A model generated the notes under the pieces. It ran no database searches and was not told the origin of the DNA. It saw nothing but the letters and a program-made list of their open reading frames with translations. From a virus, in the UHGV virus genome UHGV-0213252: DNA of 36,087 nucleotides. One strand, written 5' to 3'. How positions within the stretch are numbered: the first letter of the stretch is position 1; the number at the start of each line of letters is the position of its first letter. Shown piece after piece: positions 8,218 to 16,368 of this stretch. The position numbers and the translations under genes are program-made.

Positions 8218-8829
8218 TTACTCTATCTTCTCCAGCGTTACCTTGACGAGGTCCCCTCTCTTGAGACCAAGAGCATGTGCGAGCTCCGTGATCGTTACTG
8301 ATAGGGAGTAGGATCCTACCCCGCGTATGGTCGTTATGTCCGATGCCTTCCTGACCTTTTTGATGATGATATCGCCCGATGGTGTCTGCCTCGGACGGGT
8401 CATCGATTGCGCTATCTCTGCGGTGGCCTCCTCGAGGGTCATCCACGTGTTGAGCACGCAGTCGAGGAGATTTCCGTCCTCGTCAGTAACAGAGTACTCT
8501 TCAACAATATGCTTCTTTCCACGCTCGTCCACCCATGTCTCCTTTTCTGCTCCGGGTTCGTCGACCCATGACAGCGTGAACTCCTCGCCATTGACGATGT
8601 GGTGGTATCCGTCGGTTACGTCCAACTCGAGGGATTCCCCGATGACTGTATTCTCTACCGAGATGACCGAGCTCTCGTCGATCATCTCATAGAGCTTATG
8701 GTCATACACATCCAACGATCCCCACACTCCGGAGCATGGCCCAGCGGCGGCAGGGAAGACTATCGTCTCCTCCACTTCCGTCTTCGTTCTCTCGTCCTCT
8801 ACCTCATATGTCATCCTGTATCCTTTCAT
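8218..8829 (-). CDS. Acidic protein with C-terminal AbrB/MazE-like DNA-binding domain
   Basis: IRGVGSYSLSVTITE...ALGLKRGDLVKVTL. Confidence 0.7.
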   Translation of the reverse strand: MKGYRMTYEVEDERTKTEVEETIVFPAAAGPCSGVWGSLDVYDHKLYEMIDESSVISVENTVIGESLELDVTDGYHHIVNGEEFTLSWVDEPGAEKETWVDERGKKHIVEEYSVTDEDGNLLDCVLNTWMTLEEATAEIAQSMTRPRQTPSGDIIIKKVRKASDITTIRGVGSYSLSVTITELAHALGLKRGDLVKVTLEKIE

Positions 8830-9131
8830 TCTTCTTCCTCCTCCTTATCCTCATATATGATGCCGAACCCATACATGTCCTCGGGATCGCAGCGTGCGAT
8901 GATTGCATCCGTTACCATCGAGCGGACCATGCAGTCATGTCCATCGTAGTTCACAGGATCCTTCTTGATCCTCTCGAACTCCTCGTCATCATCGCATCCG
9001 GCGCGGATGGCCTCCTCGATGTCCGCGTCGCTCATGAGGAGGCTGACGATTTGGAAGATGTCCGCATCGTCGAGCTTCTGTCCATAATCGATGCCATAGA
9101 TTGGCTCCTTTCCCATGTAGTAGAACGACAT
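8826..9131 (-). CDS. Acidic hypothetical protein
   Basis: Coupled ORF. Confidence 0.65.
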   Translation of the reverse strand: MSFYYMGKEPIYGIDYGQKLDDADIFQIVSLLMSDADIEEAIRAGCDDDEEFERIKKDPVNYDGHDCMVRSMVTDAIIARCDPEDMYGFGIIYEDKEEEEE

Positions 9132-9133
9132 GA

Positions 9134-9349
9134 TTACATCAACTCCCTTATAGCTCCCCCGAGCTCACTGATAGCCTCGCGCACTTTGTCGATTTTATCA
9201 TAGATAAGCGCGATTTGTTCGTCATCGGCCACGCCAGATATCCTGATGTCATTAGTCTCGTATTTGAAATCATCTAGAATCGCGTACATCTTAGAGATTT
9301 TCCTCAACATCCCCATACACTGGATTATCGTGGGCTCCGGTGTGTTCAT
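9134..9349 (-). CDS. Hypothetical helical protein (start MNTPEP)
   Basis: ATGA overlap with the upstream gene. Confidence 0.6.
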   Translation of the reverse strand: MNTPEPTIIQCMGMLRKISKMYAILDDFKYETNDIRISGVADDEQIALIYDKIDKVREAISELGGAIRELM

Positions 9350-9609
9350 TCCATCTCCTCCATGTTCTCGAGGCAGACGGTGTTCCCGAATCCGTCCGAC
9401 CATCCGTCCTCGATCGGCGAGTACCCTTCGTTCAATCTCTCGCGGCAAACATCGACATCCTTCGTGAACTGCGGGACCACCGTCTGGTGGACCTCTACGC
9501 CGTCCCTCTTTGCGACGACGTCGAACACGATTGTCGTGTACTGCTCGTCGTCGACCTCGTAGACCGTGCAGTCATCGAATTTCCATGTGTTGTTGATTTT
9601 TCCAACCAT
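9346..9609 (-). CDS. Hypothetical protein behind duplicated promoter copy 2
   Basis: AGGAGTGA RBS upstream of ATG 9609. Confidence 0.7.
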   Translation of the reverse strand: MVGKINNTWKFDDCTVYEVDDEQYTTIVFDVVAKRDGVEVHQTVVPQFTKDVDVCRERLNEGYSPIEDGWSDGFGNTVCLENMEEME

Positions 9610-9612
9610 TTT

Positions 9613-9676
9613 TATCACTCCTGTCGGGTTTCCCCTTGTCGTAATACTACATAGTAATAGTAGTATATATAACTAT
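9613..9676 (-). promoter_or_regulatory. Duplicated promoter/operator/leader, copy 2
   Basis: 39-bp identity with copy 1; TTATATAT box. Confidence 0.8.
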
Positions 9677-9694
9677 CTACAAATTGCCATAGAT

Positions 9695-9772
9695 TGAGAA
9701 AGGATCCTTTTGCAAATGAAGAACAATGACCCGCCGACAGGAGCGATCAAACTCGAACGACGGGTCAATTAC
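9695..9772 (-). ncRNA. Candidate antisense hairpin small RNA
   Basis: TATA-like TTTTATAT near 9789-9796; stem TGACCCG/CGGGTCA; contains 16 nt complementary to the leader/RBS at 8151-8166. Confidence 0.45.
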
Positions 9773-9798
9773 CTATCGCTATTGCAGATATAAAATAA

Positions 9799-9823
9799 AC
9801 GGGTGGGCCGAGGCCCTACCCGT
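9799..9823 (-). terminator. Hairpin terminator
   Basis: acgggt-gggcc-ga-ggccc-t-acccgt followed by a T-rich run on the minus strand. Confidence 0.65.
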
Positions 9824-10041
9824 CAGTTAAGGAGTTTGCTCGCGAGCTCCCTCGCGCTCTCGAATTGGTCGGGAATCCTTGCGCCTCTCTCGATGTATTC
9901 GAGAAGTACGTCCTTGGCCGTGATAGGCAGGAACTCGCTACCGTTTATACGGTAGTAGGTCCCGTCAGGACCGATGCCTAATCCGTAGTCATCGGCCATG
10001 ACCTCGACGTAATTAACGACCTGCATCTGTACGACTTGCAT
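9823..10041 (-). CDS. Hypothetical protein (start MQVVQM)
   Basis: GAGTGA RBS, directly after the membrane gene. Confidence 0.6.
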   Translation of the reverse strand: MQVVQMQVVNYVEVMADDYGLGIGPDGTYYRINGSEFLPITAKDVLLEYIERGARIPDQFESARELASKLLN

Positions 10042-10045
10042 AAGA

Positions 10046-10666
10046 TCACTCGCCGTTGTCGTCGCCAAGAAAAACGGTCAGTTTGTCGGCATCATTGCCT
10101 TTGACTATTTCAGCAATTTTCTGAAGAGACATGAGGTCAAGCTTTCCGCCAGCCGAAGCGATTTTGCAGAAGATCCTGATCTTCTCCTCATCGACGACAC
10201 CGAGGGCCTTCGCTTTGGCCTCGAGCATGTCGATGGCCTTCTGCCTCGCTTCCTCGGACTTGGCTGCCTCCCTGATGAGGGCCTGTCCCTGAATGTATGC
10301 CTTGTCAAGCTGGCCGTTGAGCCATGCCTGTGGGAACCATGCGTCTACGACGTAGGCGGCTCCTGCGCCGAATATAGCGGCGATGAGCAACACTGCAGGT
10401 ATGTCCTCTCCACCGAACGGCTGTCCGGTGTAGAGCCAATTGGCGACCCTGTAAGAGCCGTATGTGAGAACGACACCGAGGATGATGTCGACAGCTGCGG
10501 CGATGAAGGCGCGGTTGTCCCAATCCTCGGGATCCTCCCCTCTCTTGAGCCTGGCCTTACAGGCCCTCTCGTAGAGGGAGTAGTATCTGAAGCCGATGAG
10601 GAGCCCTGCACCGAGGAACGATGCGACGAGTATCCAAATCAAGCTATAATCAAAATCGACGATCAT
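10046..10666 (-). CDS. Three-TM membrane protein with helical C-terminus, holin-like candidate
   Basis: Three hydrophobic segments; position downstream of the tail module. Confidence 0.6.
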   Translation of the reverse strand: MIVDFDYSLIWILVASFLGAGLLIGFRYYSLYERACKARLKRGEDPEDWDNRAFIAAAVDIILGVVLTYGSYRVANWLYTGQPFGGEDIPAVLLIAAIFGAGAAYVVDAWFPQAWLNGQLDKAYIQGQALIREAAKSEEARQKAIDMLEAKAKALGVVDEEKIRIFCKIASAGGKLDLMSLQKIAEIVKGNDADKLTVFLGDDNGE

Positions 10667-10688
10667 GTGATTACTTCCTGTGTCTTGT

Positions 10689-10866
10689 GATACCAAAAGT
10701 AGCCCTGTGAATCCTGTTGTCAGGTAGCTATATGATAACGATACCTTCATCAGACTTTTTGATGCCGTAAGCGGCGTTGGGCAGTACATTATTGGACCTC
10801 ACGGTAGAGGTGCCTCGGGAGATCAGAAAAGAATCATGGCCGACGGAGGAACGGATGTCGGCCATG
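10689..10866 (-). ncRNA. Candidate structured leader / ncRNA
   Basis: 10-bp perfect stem 10835-10866, two short hairpins and a long imperfect hairpin 10689-10765; TTTATATA box near 10901-10908. Confidence 0.4.
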
Positions 10867-10938
10867 TAGACACACACAATCGCCTCCATGTTATTATGAT
10901 TATATAAAGAAAATGAAGAAAGGGTTTTAATCGAATGT

Positions 10939-11784
10939 TTATGCGACTATTACAGTCCCTTGGACATCCGATGATGTGGAGCTCCATTCGATAGTTACCT
11001 TGTGCAAGTCTGCGACCTTCGGAATGGAGAACATCTGCGTTGTTACCTTGGATTCTCCCTTGTTGAGCGTTACCTCGACGTAGGGATCCTCTGTGAGCTG
11101 CGATGATGATCCTATCATCCATATCGCGTTGCCACTAACTGCCACGTCATAATTGGTCCATCTCGTGCTTATCTTCCCGTGATTGCATGTGAGCTTTATC
11201 TTCACGAGCATTATGGTCATGTTCGGTTCCGCATTATAGACGGTCCCATCCTTGAGCGTAACGCTATCTGCCGTGCTGATGGTGGCCTCGAAGTTCCCCA
11301 TCGGCTCCATTTCCGTCTGGACGTATTTCGTCGTTCCCGACAGGTTCCATGACCCCTTGTAGATGATCTCCGCCTTGTTAGGGTCTGCGGCCTTTGGTAT
11401 CTGGAAGACGTAGCATGATGTATCGCTGGCCCCGATGCCGATGTTCTTCAGGACATATCTCTTATCGTGATTGAGCGACGATGTCTTCCACAGGTCGCAA
11501 CCGTACGTTATTCCGTCGGCTTTGATGTTCATGTAGAGATAGTTATTCGATATTCCGTCATCGGCCCTGTCGTTGGTTATCGTTACCAATGCAAGAACGA
11601 ACGTATTTCCTGCATCGGGTGTCTGTATACCCATTGTCGTATAGATCATGTCATGCGTGGATAGTTCCGCCGTGAACGATCCCTTATCCTCCGCCACATA
11701 GTTTCCGAAACTCATGGCCAATGCACCGCCAGCGATGACCATTATCGCTACGACGGCTATCACTGCGATTGTTATCTTTTTCAT
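10939..11784 (-). CDS. Membrane-anchored protein with two DUF4352-like Ig domains
   Basis: MKK + hydrophobic signal/anchor; repeated GNTFVLALVTITN..VFQIPK and MLVKIKLT..MFSIPK; own TATA near 11835-11841. Confidence 0.7.
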   Translation of the reverse strand: MKKITIAVIAVVAIMVIAGGALAMSFGNYVAEDKGSFTAELSTHDMIYTTMGIQTPDAGNTFVLALVTITNDRADDGISNNYLYMNIKADGITYGCDLWKTSSLNHDKRYVLKNIGIGASDTSCYVFQIPKAADPNKAEIIYKGSWNLSGTTKYVQTEMEPMGNFEATISTADSVTLKDGTVYNAEPNMTIMLVKIKLTCNHGKISTRWTNYDVAVSGNAIWMIGSSSQLTEDPYVEVTLNKGESKVTTQMFSIPKVADLHKVTIEWSSTSSDVQGTVIVA

Positions 11785-11845
11785 AATAGAATCCAACCCG
11801 TGCTATGCACAGGTCGACTAACGCCCTACTCCGTTATATAAGCTG

Positions 11846-12247
11846 TCAAGCCTTGACGACGGGTTTCTGGTTTTTCTTCGCATATGCGGTCTCGATAGCC
11901 GTTCTGCGTGCATCGGATAAACGAGAATATTCCGCATCCTTACGGCAGACCTCATCGATGATCGCATCACGTCTCTCGGAGAGCTCCTTCGATGCCTTTA
12001 CTACGTCGGGATCATCCTTGACGGATGATTCCATCATGGCGAACAGCCCCGGATCTATCTTCGGAGCCGATTCCATCTCCTCGATCCTTTTCTTCAGAGC
12101 ATCAACCTCCTTTATCTTGGCCATGAGGTCGGGAATGTACACGCCCTGATCCATGAGCTCGTTGAATGCCTTGAAGTTCTCATTCTTCTGCTCATTGGAT
12201 AATCCATTGTTGCCCTGCATCGCTCTCATGATGTTGTTGTATTGCAT
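11846..12247 (-). CDS. Coiled-coil hypothetical protein (start MQYNN)
   Basis: GGGGG RBS; helical composition. Confidence 0.65.
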   Translation of the reverse strand: MQYNNIMRAMQGNNGLSNEQKNENFKAFNELMDQGVYIPDLMAKIKEVDALKKRIEEMESAPKIDPGLFAMMESSVKDDPDVVKASKELSERRDAIIDEVCRKDAEYSRLSDARRTAIETAYAKKNQKPVVKA

Positions 12248-12268
12248 AGTTCCCCCTGTAAGAGGTTT

Positions 12269-12286
12269 GAGGGCCGTGTGGCCCTC
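12269..12286 (-). terminator. Intergenic hairpin
   Basis: gagggcc-gtgt-ggccctc. Confidence 0.45.
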
Positions 12287-12290
12287 GTGT

Positions 12291-13148
12291 TCAGGACATA
12301 ACTCCCATACCCTGCCAAGTTCCCGCTGTGCTGTCGACCGTGCCGTTTCCGGTGAAGAGCCTGTTGGCATTGACTGCCGAGAGGATCTGTGCGGTCTGCG
12401 CAGTCTGGGATTGCTCCGCGACTTTATCGCGCAATGCATCGATCTGGTTCTTCAATTCTCTTTTCTCGAGGTCGCAGAACCTTTCATTCATAGCGACCGT
12501 TTGGGCCTGTATCGCCTGTATGATGGCATTGTTCCCTCTCTCGATGCCGAGGTTGGTCTGGCAGCAGCATTGCTGGAGCTGACTGCCGAGGCTGGCCAGC
12601 CCTGATTGGACAGCGTTCTGTGAGCTCGCTATCTCCGCACGGAGATTGCAGCAACATGATTGGATCGCTGATGTTATGCTCCCGTTGTTCATTGCCAACT
12701 GCTTATCCAAGCCAGCGAGGGCTGACATGATGGTGTTGTTGTTGCATCCGAGAGCTGTCGCGAGGTCGTTGATAGCTGCCTGCTGCTGTACGCCCTGTGT
12801 GCTGATGGCATCCAGCAGTCTGGTGTAGTTGGCAGAATTGACCACCGTGTCATTCGTTGCCAAATCCGCGCCTCCTTTGCTGAATCCGAATCCGCTCCCT
12901 CCGAATCCGAGCATGAGGATCAGGAACAGGACGATGAGATAGCCTCCGCCCCATCCTTCTTCTTTCCCCCTGTCGAGCATGGCGAGGACCGCAGGATCCA
13001 CGCCCTTGTTATTGAGCATGCTCGCGATTGCGCCATAATCTATACCGTCGTTCATGTGTGTGTCCTCCAATATCTCGTCGGTGTCGTGGCCGATGTCGCT
13101 GATCTGGTCCTTCATCCATTCGATGTCCTTACCGTCCATCTCTGCCAT
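12291..13148 (-). CDS. Conserved phage protein with TM segment, Gly-rich linker, two CCC motifs and coiled coil
   Basis: GGYLIVLFLILMLGFGGSGFG, SCCCN, QCCCQT; AGGAGGTG RBS. Confidence 0.75.
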   Translation of the reverse strand: MAEMDGKDIEWMKDQISDIGHDTDEILEDTHMNDGIDYGAIASMLNNKGVDPAVLAMLDRGKEEGWGGGYLIVLFLILMLGFGGSGFGFSKGGADLATNDTVVNSANYTRLLDAISTQGVQQQAAINDLATALGCNNNTIMSALAGLDKQLAMNNGSITSAIQSCCCNLRAEIASSQNAVQSGLASLGSQLQQCCCQTNLGIERGNNAIIQAIQAQTVAMNERFCDLEKRELKNQIDALRDKVAEQSQTAQTAQILSAVNANRLFTGNGTVDSTAGTWQGMGVMS

Positions 13149-13241
13149 GATCCACCTCCTGCCTAATGGCGGATATAACATGACCATGACGGATTATAAG
13201 TGAAATGATGGTTACGTTCTTATAACGTCTATTCAAAAAAC

Positions 13242-13261
13242 GATGGCCTTCAGTAGCCATC
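13242..13261 (-). terminator. Hairpin terminator
   Basis: gatggc..gccatc followed by T6 on the minus strand. Confidence 0.5.
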
Positions 13262-13273
13262 CCTAAAAACAGT

Positions 13274-13417
13274 TTATGCCTTCGGTCTGCCTTTCGGCCT
13301 TCCCGTGCAGACATATTGCGACAATACCTTGGAACATCTGGCCACGTGCTTTTCTGCTCCGGTGTCGTCAAAATGCGATAATTCGCGGTTACAATATGGA
13401 CACCTTTTGTATTCCAT
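13274..13417 (-). CDS. 47-aa C2HC Zn-finger + AT-hook protein
   Basis: CPYC...H...C and GRPKGRPK. Confidence 0.65.
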   Translation of the reverse strand: MEYKRCPYCNRELSHFDDTGAEKHVARCSKVLSQYVCTGRPKGRPKA

Positions 13418-13454
13418 ATTTGAACATCGGACTATCTCACGATAAACTTTACTG

Positions 13455-13958
13455 TTGAACTCATGTAATTCAACTAAATATAACAATAATTTAGATTTGA
13501 TCGATGTATTAAATAACAAGCAAGACAAACTGATCGCTGGCGATGGAATAACAATAGCGAATGATGGGAAAACGATTAGTTCAAGTACACCAGGAATGAC
13601 TTTTATATCAGACAGTATTAGAAATCATTATACTGTCGAAAATGGTGTATTAACAGTTCCAAAAAATTTATTGTTTATTGGTACTTCATCAAGTGGTAAA
13701 AACGATATAGTATTATCTGTATTAATTTACGCTGGTAAATATTCAACTAATAATTCACGTTTTTCTTCATTTGGTGGACATTTATCAACTGTCCATACAT
13801 ATCCTATAGTTGGGTTAACAGTAAATTTAGCTAGCAATTACGTTTGGGTACATTTTGAACAGTTTAAATCAGCAACAGATAATGATTTTATCGAATTAAC
13901 ACGTTTAAATGTTGATACTACACTTAGTGGTTCAAAATATAAAGTATATACATTTTAA
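13455..13958 (+). CDS. Silent alternative C-terminal cassette of the tail-fibre/adhesin
   Basis: Only credible plus-strand ORF; no ATG or RBS; shares YNNNLDLID and KQDKLIAG.GI.IA.DGKTISSS with 13990..14688. Confidence 0.85.
   Translation: MNSCNSTKYNNNLDLIDVLNNKQDKLIAGDGITIANDGKTISSSTPGMTFISDSIRNHYTVENGVLTVPKNLLFIGTSSSGKNDIVLSVLIYAGKYSTNNSRFSSFGGHLSTVHTYPIVGLTVNLASNYVWVHFEQFKSATDNDFIELTRLNVDTTLSGSKYKVYTF
13471..13506 (+). repeat. Inverted repeat L (36 bp) of the invertible segment
   Basis: caactaaatataacaataatttagatttgatcgatg; 35/36 match to the reverse complement of 14586-14621. Confidence 0.92.
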
Positions 13959-13982
13959 ACAGGCGGTTTATCCGCCTGTTTA
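13956..13982. terminator. Bidirectional hairpin terminator between the convergent cassettes
   Basis: taaacaggcgg-tttat-ccgcctgttta. Confidence 0.75.
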
Positions 13983-13989
13983 TAATTTA

Positions 13990-14688
13990 TTACCAACTTG
14001 CATTTATGAGATATGCTGACAGGTTTCCTGTTCTCATTTTTGTATTTGATGGTATAGTAATAGAAAAAGAACTTGTACTTGTTATAGTTTTGTTAAATGT
14101 AGTTAATGACACAAAATCACTATCTAATACAACAAAAGATAGATTAACAGGTGAACTACTACTTGGTGTTGTTATATATGAGGGAAAATTTTTTGGATCA
14201 ACATATAAGTAACCTGTACTTGCAAGAAGTCTATTTTTTGAACTAAAATTTCTTAATGAATTTGTAATAGAGATGGAATATGAATTAGTGGTGTGTTTTC
14301 CTGTACCGAAATTAACTATTGTTGAACTCGTAACCCCTGATGCATCCGATCTAAGGGCACCTTCAACATTTAAGGTTCCAACCACAATAGGTGCATATAC
14401 AGTTATTTCAGACGGTACCTTTGTACTAATTACACCATCACTGCTGATTTGTATACCATCACCAGCAGTATATTCCTTACCACTACTACTGATCGTCTTT
14501 CCATCACTTGCAATACTAATTCCACTGCCAGCAATCAACTTATCTTGTTTACCCGCAACTGATGTAATAAGATCGCTCTTCAGACCATCGATCAAATCTA
14601 AATTATTGTTATATATAGTTGGAAAATTGCCTGCATAGTCTGTGTCGGCTATCTTCTGCAGCTGTAAGTTCGTGGTCTTGCCTGCCAT
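13990..14688 (-). CDS. Tail-fibre / receptor-binding protein (expressed orientation)
   Basis: MAGKTTNLQL phage-fibre-type N-terminus, AG.GI.I repeats, Ser/Thr-rich beta C-terminus; last gene of the tail operon. Confidence 0.8.
   Translation of the reverse strand: MAGKTTNLQLQKIADTDYAGNFPTIYNNNLDLIDGLKSDLITSVAGKQDKLIAGSGISIASDGKTISSSGKEYTAGDGIQISSDGVISTKVPSEITVYAPIVVGTLNVEGALRSDASGVTSSTIVNFGTGKHTTNSYSISITNSLRNFSSKNRLLASTGYLYVDPKNFPSYITTPSSSSPVNLSFVVLDSDFVSLTTFNKTITSTSSFSITIPSNTKMRTGNLSAYLINASW
14586..14621 (-). repeat. Inverted repeat R (36 bp), inside the fibre gene at about codons 23-35
   Basis: Minus strand caactatatataacaataatttagatttgatcgatg. Confidence 0.92.
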
Positions 14689-14689
14689 C

Positions 14690-14857
14690 TTAATCTCCCC
14701 ACACCTTGGTTAATAATTGATTCCACTTGATCGCTATCAGGTCTATCCAGCGCAATCTCGCACCCTCTGCGACCGTCACAGAGATGAGCACCGTCGACCC
14801 TGCCGTCGCTGGATTGTCGCTCCATGCGACTGCAGTGATCGTCGGCGGCTCCCTCAT
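14690..14857 (-). CDS. 55-aa tail-associated protein (MREPPTITAVAWSDNP...), not in ORF track
   Basis: Manual translation; ATGA overlap; similar to the C-terminus of 15427..16368 (PPTISAV...NP..G.TV.I.VTV). Confidence 0.7.
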   Translation of the reverse strand: MREPPTITAVAWSDNPATAGSTVLISVTVAEGARLRWIDLIAIKWNQLLTKVWGD

Positions 14858-15120
14858 TCCACGACCTCCTTGATGAAACGGGCCATACGGGTCTCCGCCC
14901 CTATCGTGTACGTCAATGTGATGGTATGGATCCCGATCCTGTCTGGAGCGAAGAATATCCTGATCTCGTTGCCCTTGATCGTTCCTATCCCGCTGAACTT
15001 CTGTCCATCGACCTCCACGTCATACTGCGCATTGTCGATGTCGAACTGCTCCCCGTTGATGTTCTTCACTCTGAATACGATGTTGAACTTCTCGCCTAAG
15101 AAGACCTTGTCATGATTCAT
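14854..15120 (-). CDS. Small beta-sandwich tail/baseplate-associated protein (start MNHDK)
   Basis: ATGA overlap; alternating beta pattern. Confidence 0.65.
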   Translation of the reverse strand: MNHDKVFLGEKFNIVFRVKNINGEQFDIDNAQYDVEVDGQKFSGIGTIKGNEIRIFFAPDRIGIHTITLTYTIGAETRMARFIKEVVE

Positions 15121-15422
15121 GCCTTGCACCCCTCCATCGTTACCCTGTATGCGTCCATCTCCTCGCATGCCTCCCATGTGGGGGCCATCATCGTTACCCT
15201 GTATGCATCATCATGCATGCAGAAACAGGTAATCTGTCCTGCGACGAGGGTAACGACGGCCGTCGCATAGCCGACGTTGCCGTAGTCATCCCTCGCCCAA
15301 ATCTCGACGATGTAACGGCCTGTGACCGTTGACGGGAACCGAGCGGTCCACGTGTCTCCATCCCCGTGGAAGAACTCGACATCACGGCCCTCTACTTTGC
15401 CCCACACGTCGACTACGACCAT
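15117..15422 (-). CDS. Ig-like protein (Big_3_4 / PF13754-like)
   Basis: VWGKVEG.DV.F....W....P....G.Y.VEIWA.DD.GN; internal AYRVTM repeat. Confidence 0.7.
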   Translation of the reverse strand: MVVVDVWGKVEGRDVEFFHGDGDTWTARFPSTVTGRYIVEIWARDDYGNVGYATAVVTLVAGQITCFCMHDDAYRVTMMAPTWEACEEMDAYRVTMEGCKA

Positions 15423-15426
15423 GCGA

Positions 15427-16368
15427 TCAGTCGTCCGTTACCGTTACCGCGATAGTCACGGTCTTGCCTGTCTCTGACGGGTTCGGGAGCACCGTTACCG
15501 CGCTGATAGTCGGAGGCGTCATATTGATGTTCACGACGATTGTCTGCTCCGTGAACTTGCCAGCGCTGTCGGTGGCCGTTACCTTGATGGTGTTCGTCCC
15601 AACAACTCCCGTGATCTCCTTCGAGAACGTTCCGTTCTCTCCTATTGTGATTGCCCCGACGGATGTACCGTTGAGCGTGGCCGTTATCGTAACAGGGGAT
15701 GATGTCTCGTCGCTCGTGTTACCGACGAGATTTATCTTGAGGACGTTCTGCTTGGATCCGTTGGTCGGCGATGTGACGACCAATGTCGGAGGGATGGTGT
15801 CTATCTTGAACGAGATAGCGTCTGATGTCTTGCTGTTTCCGTCGTAATCGGTCGTCTTGACCTGTATGGTGTGCGAACCATCGACAAGGGCCGTCGATGG
15901 CGTGTAGGTGCCTGTCCTGTCGGTTCCTGTACCCGTGACAGTGACCTTGGTCCATGAGCCCGCGTCTATCTTGATGTAACACTCGCTGTCCTTGATTCCC
16001 GACCCTGCATCCGTGAATTTGAATGTAATGGCTGGCGTCGAATTAGTGATAGTCGACCCGTTGGTCGGATATGTCACCTGCGCTGTCGGGAGGACCTTCT
16101 CCAGCACCTTCAGACGGAGGGATGCGCCGAGGGTGGCATCGCTGTCCGTCTTGGTCGTCTTGTTCCCATAATCATCGGTCGCAGCTACCTCGACGGGATA
16201 GTACCCCTTACCTGCGGCCGCTGAACCGACCCCGGGTCCGTTCCCTGAATTATTGGATCCTGATGTCTGCGAGGGTGCCGTGATCGTTCCCTCGTACTTG
16301 CCCGTTGAAGAATTGTAGGTCAGTGTCGTCAATTGGCCGTTGATCTTCACTGTTATTGTTAATGCCAT
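15427..16368 (-). CDS. Multi-Ig-domain (Big) virion protein
   Basis: DG.HTI.V...DYDGN, IDTIPPTL.VTSP, G.NTI.VTATDSAG. Confidence 0.85.
   Translation of the reverse strand: MALTITVKINGQLTTLTYNSSTGKYEGTITAPSQTSGSNNSGNGPGVGSAAAGKGYYPVEVAATDDYGNKTTKTDSDATLGASLRLKVLEKVLPTAQVTYPTNGSTITNSTPAITFKFTDAGSGIKDSECYIKIDAGSWTKVTVTGTGTDRTGTYTPSTALVDGSHTIQVKTTDYDGNSKTSDAISFKIDTIPPTLVVTSPTNGSKQNVLKINLVGNTSDETSSPVTITATLNGTSVGAITIGENGTFSKEITGVVGTNTIKVTATDSAGKFTEQTIVVNINMTPPTISAVTVLPNPSETGKTVTIAVTVTDD

Noticed and set aside
8157..9656. CRISPR mini-array from the 39-bp repeats
   Set aside because: Only two copies, 1.46 kb apart, each directly upstream of a gene with TATA and RBS; these are promoters
10695..10760. 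Hammerhead ribozyme (minus-strand CUGAUGA flanked by stems)
   Set aside because: Stem II is followed by GACA rather than GAAA, there is no stem III or UH site, and CUGAUGA can simply pair with UCACAG in a long hairpin
13455..14688. Diversity-generating retroelement (TR/VR pair)
   Set aside because: No reverse transcriptase; the repeats are inverted and the differences are not adenine-specific
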